Source: a virus (Duplodnaviria; Caudoviricetes). From it: a stretch of DNA of 64,000 nucleotides. This document shows, in pieces, positions 54,845-64,000 of this stretch (the first letter of the stretch is position 1; each line of letters begins with the position of its first letter). Location: positions 2,317-66,316 of the IMG/VR virus record IMGVR_UViG_2700989045_000001; one strand, given 5' to 3'. The position numbers were made by a program, and so were the translations under genes. The notes beneath the pieces were generated by a model, which was not told where the DNA came from, searched no databases, and saw nothing but the letters and a program-made list of their open reading frames with translations.

Positions 54845-56851
54845 ATGGCAAACTTTGAGAAAGACTTGGCTCAATATGAGACCATTCTAGGGACTATCTC
54901 AGGGGAAACCTTGAGACACTGGATGAAAATCGTCCCGAACTTTGATGAGAAGTACACAAAACTGACAGAAGAACCTATTAGATACCGAGGACGCTATGTG
55001 CCTCTTGGTTATACAGGTAAAAAAGGCGCTGCAAGCCCTGTTAAAGCCCATATATTGGCTATTATCATTGCTTTTGCTAAGTGCAAATTCGAGAAACGCT
55101 ACTCACTTGGTGAGTGTGCTCAACTCTTATCCCAAGTGGGCCTTAACGTGACCAAAGCTGGTCTCTCAAAGGTATTCCCACGCTATTCAGAGGCCCTAGG
55201 GCTCACTGAACACATCCCCGATTCGGATGCCAAAGTCGTTGAGATTAAATCATTAGCTGATGCTGAGAAGTTAGTCCAACGTGAACGCAAAAACTACGCT
55301 AAACAAGCCTTGAAAGAAGGTAAGTCTGGTGAAGAAGTTCGAGAAGAAATGATTGAACTGCGTAAGAAAGGCACATCCCGAAAACCCACCCCAGAACGTG
55401 TAATAGAACAGAAAACAGAAGAGGAATTGGAAGAATTCCGAGACAGAGAAATAGTTTATGAACCTACCACGAAGCAAATGGATTTCCATGCGGCTTCAGA
55501 AAAGGTTGTCCTCTACGGAGGTGCAGCAGGTGGTGGTAAATCGTATGCTTTAGTATTTGATGCTGTTCGTTACGCTCACGTCCCCGGCTATCGTGCCGTG
55601 ATTATCCGTAAGACCACAAAGGCCCTACGTGAAATCATTCTGACGACTAAACAATTCTATCCTAAACTATTCCCCGGTGCAAAATTCAACAAACAAGAAG
55701 GTACTTGGACGTTCCCTAGTGGAGCCATTGTAGAACTCTCTTATTGTGAACGTATTGATGACGTTGAGCAATATCAGGGACAACAATACCAATATATTGC
55801 CTTCGACGAGTTAGGTCAATGGCCTGATGAAGAATGTTGGATGTACCTATTCTCACGTCTCCGCAACCCTCCGACCGACCCTAGAACGGGGGAGAAAATC
55901 CCCACGTATATGAGAGCCACATCAAACCCGGGTGCATCTTGGGTAAAAGAAATGTTCATTGATGCTGCTCCTGCAAATACTACGTTCTACAACGAGGCAG
56001 GGCTTTCTATGAAGTTCATCCCTGCGACCCTACTAGACAACCCACACTTAGATAAAGAATACCGCCAGATGCTTATGGCATTGCCTGAGGTTAAGAAACG
56101 TCAGTTACTTTATGGTGACTGGAACGCTACTGATACCGCAGCATTCCCTGAGTTTCGTCCTGAGGGCACTATGAGTTTCAATTTAGACACCGGGGAAGAA
56201 CAGGTAATCTGTGACCCTCATGTTATTGAACCTTTTGAAATCCCTTTATGGTGGAACCGAGTTGGTGGGTTAGACTATGGTTATACTGACCCTGCAACTG
56301 CTGTATGGTATGCTATCAATCCTGACACTGGTCAGAAGATAGTATATGAAGAATACAACAAAGCAGGAAGAACAGGTAAAGAATTTGCTCAGGATGTCCT
56401 AGAGTGCGAAAAGGGCCAAGTGCTTCCTATTGACCACCCTCTGGACTGGTCCGTGTTCAACAAATCTGGCCATACAGGTCCTACTGTAGGTGAAGAAATG
56501 CGTAGAACAGGATTAATAGTCCGTAAGGCTGATAAGAACCGTGTTGGCGGTAAAGTTCAGATTCATGAACACTTACGCCCAATGAAAGGCACTACAAAGC
56601 CCGGCTTAGTAATATTCAATACTTGTCCTCGTCTTATTGCTCAGTTACGTGCAGCTCAAATCAAGGAAAATGAACCAGATGACATCGACCAAACCCGGGT
56701 GGGTTCTGGCTCCGCACGTCACCACTGGGACTTATATGATTCCTTACGATATGGCTTAATGGCACGTCCAACTCTAATCAATAGGGCTGACCAGATGCAC
56801 CAAGTCAAACGACAATCACAATGGAATAGAGTGCAACGCTATTTCAGCTAA
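54845..56851 (+). CDS. terL: terminase large subunit with N-terminal extension
   Basis: YGGAAGGGKS Walker A, FDEL Walker B, TSNPG motif III, GLDYGY.DP nuclease, D.YDSLRY. Confidence 0.95.
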   Translation: MANFEKDLAQYETILGTISGETLRHWMKIVPNFDEKYTKLTEEPIRYRGRYVPLGYTGKKGAASPVKAHILAIIIAFAKCKFEKRYSLGECAQLLSQVGLNVTKAGLSKVFPRYSEALGLTEHIPDSDAKVVEIKSLADAEKLVQRERKNYAKQALKEGKSGEEVREEMIELRKKGTSRKPTPERVIEQKTEEELEEFRDREIVYEPTTKQMDFHAASEKVVLYGGAAGGGKSYALVFDAVRYAHVPGYRAVIIRKTTKALREIILTTKQFYPKLFPGAKFNKQEGTWTFPSGAIVELSYCERIDDVEQYQGQQYQYIAFDELGQWPDEECWMYLFSRLRNPPTDPRTGEKIPTYMRATSNPGASWVKEMFIDAAPANTTFYNEAGLSMKFIPATLLDNPHLDKEYRQMLMALPEVKKRQLLYGDWNATDTAAFPEFRPEGTMSFNLDTGEEQVICDPHVIEPFEIPLWWNRVGGLDYGYTDPATAVWYAINPDTGQKIVYEEYNKAGRTGKEFAQDVLECEKGQVLPIDHPLDWSVFNKSGHTGPTVGEEMRRTGLIVRKADKNRVGGKVQIHEHLRPMKGTTKPGLVIFNTCPRLIAQLRAAQIKENEPDDIDQTRVGSGSARHHWDLYDSLRYGLMARPTLINRADQMHQVKRQSQWNRVQRYFS

Positions 56852-56893
56852 CGGGGAGCCTTAGGGTTCCTCTGAAATCTCTTTGGAGGAACA

Positions 56894-59005
56894 ATGGCTC
56901 TAACAGATATGGAAAGGGGACCTGCATTAGTAGATGACCAAAATGGCGCTACTCTTGCTGATGGGACTCCTAAGCCAAAGCTATCTACGCTCATCATGGA
57001 CATCCGTGGTAAGCAGTGTGCAGCCTCTAACTCACGCAGTGCTAAAGAAGCACAATGGCGTAAGAACCTTATGCAGTTCCGTGGTCAAGATATCGGTACG
57101 TTCCGTAAATCAGAACACACTGATGTTTCAATTCGAACCACAACTGTTAAAGTTAAAGCTGCTCTAGCTCAGATTATAGAAGCTATCTTATCTAATGGTA
57201 AGTTCCCTCTCACTATTAAGGAAACCGTACTCCCTGAAGGAGCCTATGAGTTTGCCCATATTAGTGAAGGCGGGACCCAACCAGCACAACCACAGGCTCA
57301 ACAAGCCGCACCTAAGCCTTATGTAAGCTCTATTGGCTTCGAAGGTGATGGTATGGATATTCAGCCCGGTGCTCGATTCGATATGCTTAAAGGCATGTTT
57401 AAAGACGTCCCTGAAGAAGTTATGTCCCAAGCAAACATAGCTGAAGGTGCAAACCTTCAAGGTGGTGTCACCGTGGCTCCTGCGAAGGAAGCTGCTAAGA
57501 ACATGGAAAAGGCTATCATGGACCAACTGGAAGCAAGTCGTGCTAACGCTCACTTGAATGCCTCAGTATTTGAAGCATGTATTCTAGGTACAGGTGCATT
57601 GAAAGGGCCTTTTAACGAATACAAAACCATCCCTTATTGGAAGAAAAATGAGGATGGAACACGAACATATCAACCAAAGCAAATTCTCACTCCGAAAGTA
57701 TCATTCACGAGTATTTGGGACCTTTACATTGACCCTAGCTGCTCCACGGACATCCGTGATGCAGAATGGGTAGTAGAGCGTCACAAAATGAATATGGTTG
57801 AAGTTCGACAATTAAAAGACCGTCCACTATTTAAGAAAGATGCAGTTAATGCATTGGTTAATGCAGGACCAAATTACCAACAGTTTACTAACACGGATTC
57901 GGAACGTGAGGACAAGGACCTTAATACTTCGGTGTCACGTGCTTCTACTCTGTGGGAAGTTTGGGAGTATTGGGGATACATGTCTACTGATAAGTTGACT
58001 GAGTATGGCCTAACGATTCCTGAGGATGCAGGGGATTACGTGCAAGTCAACGTCTGGTATAGTGGCGATTATGTACTTCGTGTTTCTCTCAATCCTTTTC
58101 AGCCTAACCGTATTCCTTACTATGTTTTTCCTTATGAGCGCGACCCATATTCTATCTATGGCACTGGCGTTCCTGAGTCAATGGCTGACCAACAGAAACT
58201 AATGAATGGTTTCTTACGAATGGCAGTCGATAACTTGGCTCTAGCTGGTAACTTAGTATTCGACGTGGATGAAACTTCACTAGCTCCGGGACAGTCGATG
58301 GAAATCGAACCGGGTGCTATATTTAGACGTGTGGCAGGTGCCCCGGGGCAAGCCGTATATGGCATTAAGTTCCCTAGCACAGCCAATGAGAACCTACAGA
58401 TGTTCAACGCTGTACGCCAACATGCCGATGAGGCCACTGGGATTCCTAGTGTAGCTCATGGACAGACAGGTGTAAGTGGCACTGGACGTACCGCTGCTGG
58501 TATGTCAATGATTCTCAACAACGCTTCGCTTAACATCAAAACTGCTGTACGCAATATTGATGAAAACCTCATCGTGCCTTTAGGTCAAGCTTTATTTGCT
58601 TGGAATATGCAATTCAACGGTGAGAAACACCCAGAAATCGAAGGTGATTTAGAGATTGTAGCAACAGGTGCAAGTAACTTAGAAATGAAGGATGTAGAAG
58701 CTCAACGCTTGCAAACATTCTTACAGCTATCTGCTAACCCTGCTCTTGCTCCATTAATCAGACTCCCTAACATCGTTAAGCGTTTAGCTCAAGTGATGGA
58801 TATGGACCCTGAGGAAATCCTAAACTCCCCAGAAGAAGCTCAGTTCTATGCTCAGTTGATGGGTGCTCAAGGAATGCAGCAAACTGCATCACCCGGCAAT
58901 GTACCTAGCCCTATGATGGGCCAACAAGGCAATACAGAAGGTGCAGGAAACCCTAACGGTGCCAATGGTAGCGTAGAAGGCGTGAATGCCCCTATGGGAA
59001 TTTAA
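56894..59005 (+). CDS. portal protein
   Basis: 703 aa after terL; GTG.LKGP, S.WDLY.DP, YG.GVP, RTA.GMS motifs. Confidence 0.88.
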   Translation: MALTDMERGPALVDDQNGATLADGTPKPKLSTLIMDIRGKQCAASNSRSAKEAQWRKNLMQFRGQDIGTFRKSEHTDVSIRTTTVKVKAALAQIIEAILSNGKFPLTIKETVLPEGAYEFAHISEGGTQPAQPQAQQAAPKPYVSSIGFEGDGMDIQPGARFDMLKGMFKDVPEEVMSQANIAEGANLQGGVTVAPAKEAAKNMEKAIMDQLEASRANAHLNASVFEACILGTGALKGPFNEYKTIPYWKKNEDGTRTYQPKQILTPKVSFTSIWDLYIDPSCSTDIRDAEWVVERHKMNMVEVRQLKDRPLFKKDAVNALVNAGPNYQQFTNTDSEREDKDLNTSVSRASTLWEVWEYWGYMSTDKLTEYGLTIPEDAGDYVQVNVWYSGDYVLRVSLNPFQPNRIPYYVFPYERDPYSIYGTGVPESMADQQKLMNGFLRMAVDNLALAGNLVFDVDETSLAPGQSMEIEPGAIFRRVAGAPGQAVYGIKFPSTANENLQMFNAVRQHADEATGIPSVAHGQTGVSGTGRTAAGMSMILNNASLNIKTAVRNIDENLIVPLGQALFAWNMQFNGEKHPEIEGDLEIVATGASNLEMKDVEAQRLQTFLQLSANPALAPLIRLPNIVKRLAQVMDMDPEEILNSPEEAQFYAQLMGAQGMQQTASPGNVPSPMMGQQGNTEGAGNPNGANGSVEGVNAPMGI

Positions 59006-59006
59006 T

Positions 59007-59237
59007 ATGGGTGAACCAACTAATTTAACGGATAAGGAACTGCTTGGGAACCTTTATGGCCTCATGGCACATCCTGCTTTTCCGTTGTTTAAAGAACTCA
59101 TGCGTAGACGACAAGCACAACAAATCAAAACTGTTTGCTCCTTGAGTGACCCTATTGATATCTATCGGGCACAAGGTCAAGTCAAAGGTTTAGATATGGT
59201 GCTTAACATCGAAGCTGAAATCAAGGCGCTGAAGTAG
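59007..59237 (+). CDS. conserved small head-assembly protein
   Basis: IYRAQG motif between portal and scaffold. Confidence 0.6.
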   Translation: MGEPTNLTDKELLGNLYGLMAHPAFPLFKELMRRRQAQQIKTVCSLSDPIDIYRAQGQVKGLDMVLNIEAEIKALK

Positions 59238-59242
59238 CTTTC

Positions 59243-59263
59243 AAATCCGACACTGTCTGATTT
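59243..59263. repeat. 21-bp dispersed palindrome copy 21
   Basis: AAATCCGACACTGTCTGATTT. Confidence 0.95.
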
Positions 59264-59328
59264 GGGATACCTACCAAGCTTAACTAATCATTAGATACCG
59301 TACTCCTTGTACGACCTAAGGAAACACA

Positions 59329-60069
59329 ATGTCACAAACATACATGACAGGCGAAACTCGTGCAGCTATGGAAGCACAAGAGTTAGAAGCCGCTGAACTC
59401 GCATACTCTGGTACACCTCAGGACCCTGAAGTAACTCAGGACACCCCGAATGTAGAACCTGAAGCGACTCAGAAAAGTTTTGAAGAGGTTCAACATGAAT
59501 TGGAAGTAGCACAGAAACGCTACCGTGATTTACAATCTCATCATGACAAAACTAAAAATGAACTCGAAGGTAAGCTCCGTGAAGCTGGAATTGAACCTGA
59601 AGAAGCAGATAAAGTGGCTGAACTTCAAGCTCAACTCGCAGAACTTCAAGCTAAAGAAGCTGAACGTGAAGTACAGAGTGTAGTAGCGCAAGCACAAGAA
59701 ATTGTAGCTGGCTCTCATCCTGACTTTGTATCAGTCATTAATTCCCAAGGGTTCGCTGAGTGGATTAAAGGTCAACCTCAGGTATATCAAGACGCAATCT
59801 ATGCAGACCGTCCTGATGCTGCCTTAGCTGTTGATGTCTTAACCCTATTCAAAGTGCAAAGTGGTTATGGCGAACGTCAACACCAAGAAGCACAACGTCA
59901 AGTGATGGACCAAGCAGCTATGGCTGTTAATGGTGGTCATCGTGAAGCCCCACAATCAGACAATGCCAAAGTCTGGACGTGGAGCGAAATTCAAAAATTA
60001 TCCCCTCATGAATACGCCAAATTAGAAGGTGAGATTGATAAAGCTCTCGCTGAAGGCCGTGTTCGTTAA
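59329..60069 (+). CDS. capsid scaffolding protein
   Basis: KRY.DL, HPDF, F.EW..QP, I.KA..EGRV; precedes the MCP. Confidence 0.8.
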   Translation: MSQTYMTGETRAAMEAQELEAAELAYSGTPQDPEVTQDTPNVEPEATQKSFEEVQHELEVAQKRYRDLQSHHDKTKNELEGKLREAGIEPEEADKVAELQAQLAELQAKEAEREVQSVVAQAQEIVAGSHPDFVSVINSQGFAEWIKGQPQVYQDAIYADRPDAALAVDVLTLFKVQSGYGERQHQEAQRQVMDQAAMAVNGGHREAPQSDNAKVWTWSEIQKLSPHEYAKLEGEIDKALAEGRVR

Positions 60070-60095
60070 TAATATTTTACAAGGAGTAAAATCTA

Positions 60096-61268
60096 ATGGC
60101 ATTAACATCTGACAACAGTCAATTTGCACGTGGCAAAGGTACTGGCCTTAACTTCGCAGGTACTAACTTCGCTGCTGACAGCTCAATTGACGGTCCGGAC
60201 ATTAAAGGTAATGGTGTAGACGGTAAGAACTCGTCTTGGATTGCAACCATCTATAGTAAGAAAGTACTTAAGTACTTCCGTACTGCCTCTGTAGTTGAAG
60301 CAATCACAAACAACGACTACTACGGTGAAATTAGCAACTACGGTGATAGCGTTATTATCATCAAAGAACCTAAAATGAACATCGTGGATTACGGTCGTGG
60401 TCAGAAACTAACTTCACAAGCTATCGACTCAGATAGCATGACTTTGGTGCTTGACCAAGCTAAAGCTTTCCAATTCCAAGTTGATGACATTGAAGAAAAA
60501 TTGTCTCACGTGAACTGGCAATCTCTAGCAACTGATGCTGCATCGTATGATTTGAAAAATAACTACGATAAATCTATCCTTAACTGGATGGCTGAACAAG
60601 TTGTCCCTGCAAACATCATCACCACTGAAGCTGGTGAAGCTGTAGCTGTGGCTGCGTCTGGTTCTGTAGATGCACTTAAGAAAATCGCTGCTGCTAAAGC
60701 TAACGTTCTTCAACTTGTATCTAAAGAAGCTGATGCTGACTTCGTTACCAAAATGACCCCTCTTGACTTGCTAAACCGTTTCAACTTGAAACTGGATATC
60801 GCCGAGGTCCCTGAGGAAGGCCGTTGGGTAGTCGTTGACCCTGCGTTCTTGGAACTTGCAATGCGTATGGATAGTAACCTAATGAACCGTGATTACAATG
60901 ACGGTGCTGCTACTATTCGTAACGGTCTCGTATCTGTAAGCCCTATCCGTGGCTTGAAAATGTACAAAACCAACAACGCACCTAAATTGGTAGCGGTAGC
61001 TTACAACCCTGTTAACCAAACAGGTACACCGGGTGTGTCAGTAAGCCGTCCTAACACTGACGCTAAATTGAACGATGAAGGTCGTATCATTCTTGCAGGT
61101 CATATGTCTGCTGTAGCTACTGCTAACGCTATCGTGAAAACTGAAAGCTTCCGCTCTCATGAATCATTTGGTGACGTTGTTCGTGGTATGCACGTATATG
61201 GTCGTGGTGTTGTTCGTCCAGAGTCCCTAGTGGCTGCTACTGTGACTTACCGCGCTCCTAAAGCGTAA
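60096..61268 (+). CDS. major capsid protein
   Basis: IYSKKVL.YFR, ITN.DY.GEI...GD.V.IIKEP, F.D.VRG.HVYG..V.RPE motifs. Confidence 0.92.
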   Translation: MALTSDNSQFARGKGTGLNFAGTNFAADSSIDGPDIKGNGVDGKNSSWIATIYSKKVLKYFRTASVVEAITNNDYYGEISNYGDSVIIIKEPKMNIVDYGRGQKLTSQAIDSDSMTLVLDQAKAFQFQVDDIEEKLSHVNWQSLATDAASYDLKNNYDKSILNWMAEQVVPANIITTEAGEAVAVAASGSVDALKKIAAAKANVLQLVSKEADADFVTKMTPLDLLNRFNLKLDIAEVPEEGRWVVVDPAFLELAMRMDSNLMNRDYNDGAATIRNGLVSVSPIRGLKMYKTNNAPKLVAVAYNPVNQTGTPGVSVSRPNTDAKLNDEGRIILAGHMSAVATANAIVKTESFRSHESFGDVVRGMHVYGRGVVRPESLVAATVTYRAPKA

Positions 61269-61275
61269 TAACTAT

Positions 61276-61307
61276 GGAGGGTTAGGGTTTCCCTTTCCCT
61301 CCTATTT
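61276..61307 (+). terminator. terminator after the major capsid gene
   Basis: GGAGGG..AGGG/CCCT..CCCTCC hairpin plus TATTT. Confidence 0.6.
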
Positions 61308-61310
61308 CCC

Positions 61311-61331
61311 AAATCGGACACTGTCGGATTT
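61311..61331. repeat. 21-bp dispersed palindrome copy 22
   Basis: AAATCGGACACTGTCGGATTT. Confidence 0.95.
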
Positions 61332-61344
61332 GTAAGGAGACCTT

Positions 61345-62865
61345 ATGGCAGACCCAAAATACAGCTTAGTGCGTATAGATGATGACATAGCTGATGGTGC
61401 AGTTTTAACGTATGATGCCAAGAATGATAAGATTACCGACTCAGGTATGTACTCTTCCCAAGGGGAGCTTAGGGCAGCCGCAGGGTCAGTAAATGTAGGT
61501 TTACAGACACTAGCAAGTGCAGGTGAACAGGTAATTTTCCGTAATGAGAATTCACATGTAAATTATGCTCCTCCTTGGCATGTTATTGATGAGGTTAATG
61601 GTGGAGGTTCATTTGACCGCTATTATAGTCCCATTCAAACAGTAACAAGATTTGCTGATAGAACAGATGTATTAGAGAACCCCGTTTTTGATGTGTACAT
61701 TCCTATTGAAGAGGTAGTGTTTAGATTAAAGATGACGTTCCCTGTAGCTCACGATGATGTAGAGTTTGAGGTGACACAATCAGGTAATAAGATGTGGCGC
61801 GAGATTATGGATGTAAGTGCAGGTGATAACGAGTTAGTCCTTGATATGCCTATAGCGTTCCATCCGGGTACCTATGAGTTCTCAATTAGACCTTACACGA
61901 CTCCGGGCGTAGGTACTGATATGGTCCCTCCTGTAAAAGTCATGGGTAATTCCCAGACAGGTCAGGTAGGCTATGATGTGGTTTACCGAGAGTTTAAAGA
62001 TAAACCATTGGCTACTCAGGAGTATGTAATAGCTACTGTAACTGGCGGTCCCGCTGATGATGTGATGTTGAAGTCTGTGTATGATACAGATAACGATGGT
62101 AAGGTAGATAGTGCTTCTCATGCTGACAAGGCTGCTACGCTTGATGGTAGCTCCGGTGCGTCCCCTAGTGAGTATTATGGTAAGGATTCGACAGGTACTC
62201 TAGGTTTCCATCCACTTCCACAAGGTGCTGATGAATCTGCCTTAAAAGCCTCTATTAAAGCTAACACTGATGAGGTTGCTAAACACCAGACATCTATAAA
62301 TGCACATGGAGTCCAGTTAGCTGCCAACGCTAGTGCGATTAGGTCTCAAGACTTACGTATCAATCATAATAAAGGCCGATTAGATATAGATGAGAGAGAG
62401 ATTTCTGGTCTTAGGGGTAATGCAGTTAATAAACTTACTGCTGAATCTGATGTTAGTGCTAAGACAATTACGTTTAAATTAATGGCCGAACATGGTTTAG
62501 TGGATTCTGTGTTAGTAGACCTTAAACCTTTCCTAGGTCTTGGACCTGTCACAACTAGTAAGATTTACTATGGTTTCTCTTCAGATACTCTTATCAACGA
62601 ACAGGAAGTAACAACATCTGGTTCCTCTAGAAATGTTACATCCATAGGTGGTGTAGATGTGCATATGACACGTACTCAATCTGATGACGCCTATATGTAC
62701 CTTTGGGTCCCTGATGTTCTAGGGGCTATTAAATCTTTGAACTTCAGTGGTTTCTTATCTGTGTGGAAAAGTTCAGCTTTATCTATAAGCGGTATAGATG
62801 GTAAGGTTTTTGTTAGTCCTAATAAAACACAGGCTACTGATGTAACATTTGAGGTAACAGTATGA
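61345..62865 (+). CDS. virion structural protein (head fibre/decoration-like)
   Basis: M.KSVYDTDNDG.VD motif, coiled coil, after the MCP. Confidence 0.6.
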   Translation: MADPKYSLVRIDDDIADGAVLTYDAKNDKITDSGMYSSQGELRAAAGSVNVGLQTLASAGEQVIFRNENSHVNYAPPWHVIDEVNGGGSFDRYYSPIQTVTRFADRTDVLENPVFDVYIPIEEVVFRLKMTFPVAHDDVEFEVTQSGNKMWREIMDVSAGDNELVLDMPIAFHPGTYEFSIRPYTTPGVGTDMVPPVKVMGNSQTGQVGYDVVYREFKDKPLATQEYVIATVTGGPADDVMLKSVYDTDNDGKVDSASHADKAATLDGSSGASPSEYYGKDSTGTLGFHPLPQGADESALKASIKANTDEVAKHQTSINAHGVQLAANASAIRSQDLRINHNKGRLDIDEREISGLRGNAVNKLTAESDVSAKTITFKLMAEHGLVDSVLVDLKPFLGLGPVTTSKIYYGFSSDTLINEQEVTTSGSSRNVTSIGGVDVHMTRTQSDDAYMYLWVPDVLGAIKSLNFSGFLSVWKSSALSISGIDGKVFVSPNKTQATDVTFEVTV

Positions 62866-63041
62866 GTTCAATTAAAGTCCCTGATACCATCACTAAGTTA
62901 AGCCCTAATGACTCCTACCCGGTTGTCGAAGGTACTGATGTAGGTGGTTTTACAGACTTAAAAACAGAAGTGAATACCAACACTTCTAAAATAGAGAAAG
63001 CTGTAGATGCAGTACAAGCACTAGAAAAACAGGTAAAGTGA
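62862..63041 (+). CDS. short structural ORF, possibly the N-terminus of the next gene
   Basis: RBS GAGG, 59 codons MSSIKVPD..., stop overlaps GTG of the next frame. Confidence 0.5.
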   Translation: MSSIKVPDTITKLSPNDSYPVVEGTDVGGFTDLKTEVNTNTSKIEKAVDAVQALEKQVK

Positions 63042-64000
63042 AACTAATCCAGATTTCTGGTGATACCCCTCCTGATTACGGTAGTGAACCTCACGGTAAC
63101 TACGTTACTACAGTGAGAGCTATGACCAAAAGTATGGAACTCAAAACGCCTGCCCCTCTGGGTGGTATGATTGATGGTGCCTTGTTCACCTTATTCAATG
63201 ATGACCCAGTGGATGCCATTATGGTACGTCCGGGAGACCCTAAAGACTCTATTAATGGAGCCTTAGGTCAAAACGTCCCCGCTGAAAACTTCGCTACGTT
63301 TGTTTACGACTTAGCTACACGGAGTTTCACCGAGATTGAGGCAGGCTACATCCCGGCTGCCCGTATCAACATGGCAAACTATGTTGAACAAACTTTGAAA
63401 GTTAAAGACCTACTCCACACTACTGCTGAAATTAAAGCAATTGGTGGTGGCTCAGGCCCTGCGGACCCTTATGTATTATCTTTATATGATAAAGAAAAGA
63501 CTGAATGGTCACCTGTGAATACTATTAGTTTCCCTCAGGCTGAGTTTAATCAAGAAGGTTCAAAGACTGTTATTACATTCCCTTCAGGTGGTGATTCCTT
63601 TACATTAAGTGTTAAAGATAATGAAGGGACAGATACAGTAGGTGTTGATACTCTAGTGTTTGAGTCTAGTATCACTGAACCTGACGCTTTAGATTCTAAA
63701 GAAATACGTATTAAGCCTTATATTGACTTCACTAACGTAACTGTCTCTGAGGAACCTCAAACAACCTCGGTGAAGGCTAATACATTAAGTGTTGTACATC
63801 CGTTACAAGTCTTTGATGCGCCTAACGCTGAACTAGCTGCTGAACTATCTTTAGCTCATGGTTCTATAGAACTAGGCCATGCACCTGCTTACTTAGCTTA
63901 TGCTCACTCTGAGATAGGTATTCTAGGTAAAGAAGGTTTATCAGGACATCACCATGATGGTGCTATATGGTTTGATGATTACGTATACCCGAGCAACGCT
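63038..64000 (+). CDS. structural protein, truncated by window end
   Basis: Frame open from GTG 63038 to the window end, beta-rich. Confidence 0.7.
   Translation, partial: MKLIQISGDTPPDYGSEPHGNYVTTVRAMTKSMELKTPAPLGGMIDGALFTLFNDDPVDAIMVRPGDPKDSINGALGQNVPAENFATFVYDLATRSFTEIEAGYIPAARINMANYVEQTLKVKDLLHTTAEIKAIGGGSGPADPYVLSLYDKEKTEWSPVNTISFPQAEFNQEGSKTVITFPSGGDSFTLSVKDNEGTDTVGVDTLVFESSITEPDALDSKEIRIKPYIDFTNVTVSEEPQTTSVKANTLSVVHPLQVFDAPNAELAAELSLAHGSIELGHAPAYLAYAHSEIGILGKEGLSGHHHDGAIWFDDYVYPSNA

Noticed and set aside
977-61331. Palindrome family as a CRISPR array, REP/MITE, terminator or promoter
   Set aside because: Copies are kilobases apart with no spacer periodicity, no target duplications or transposase, no U-tail, and no consistent orientation; a separate promoter motif already exists.
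977-61331. Palindrome as host MatP site (matS GTGACRNYGTCAC)
   Set aside because: Only the 9-bp core GACRNYGTC matches; the flanks differ from matS and the conserved AAATC/GATTT arms are unexplained. Not fully excluded.
5000-62552. Numerous short antisense or nested ORFs in the track (e.g. 5811..6068, 18170..18589, 28203..28529, 47000..47278)
   Set aside because: They lie within well-supported genes on another frame or strand and have no RBS or motifs.

Overview
The window is about 64 kb of a lytic, short-tailed dsDNA phage genome, circularly permuted, probably infecting a Gram-negative host. The + strand carries the late block: terS, a tRNA cluster (Asn, Ser, Tyr, Pro), a u-spanin, terL, portal, scaffold and major capsid at 52.9-64 kb, continuing at 1-16.5 kb with Acb2, tail, fibre/adhesin, ejection proteins and a holin-like gene. 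The - strand (51.2 kb down to 16.6 kb) carries early and middle genes: SAM lyase, a ParB-HTH-J-domain protein, a T7-type RNA polymerase split into two genes, SSB, an SPFH protein, RNA ligase 2, primase-helicase, family A DNA polymerase, exonuclease, RusA, kinases, DNA ligase and a tRNA-nucleotidyltransferase-like protein. A phage promoter, AAAGGTACACCTTATAG, recurs about 13 times. Three things stand out. (1) At least 22 copies of a 21-bp imperfect palindrome, AAATCVGACASTGTCBGATTT, are spread over the whole genome, even inside genes, and the second early gene encodes a ParB-like protein with two HTHs and a J-like domain: a candidate parS/ParB-type genome-coating system in a lytic phage. (2) A 1.35-kb ORF-free array of structured, tRNA-like small RNAs sits under phage promoters and includes an anticodon-less tRNA mimic. 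(3) The RNAP is split between motifs A and B. All calls are by eye; no searches were run.
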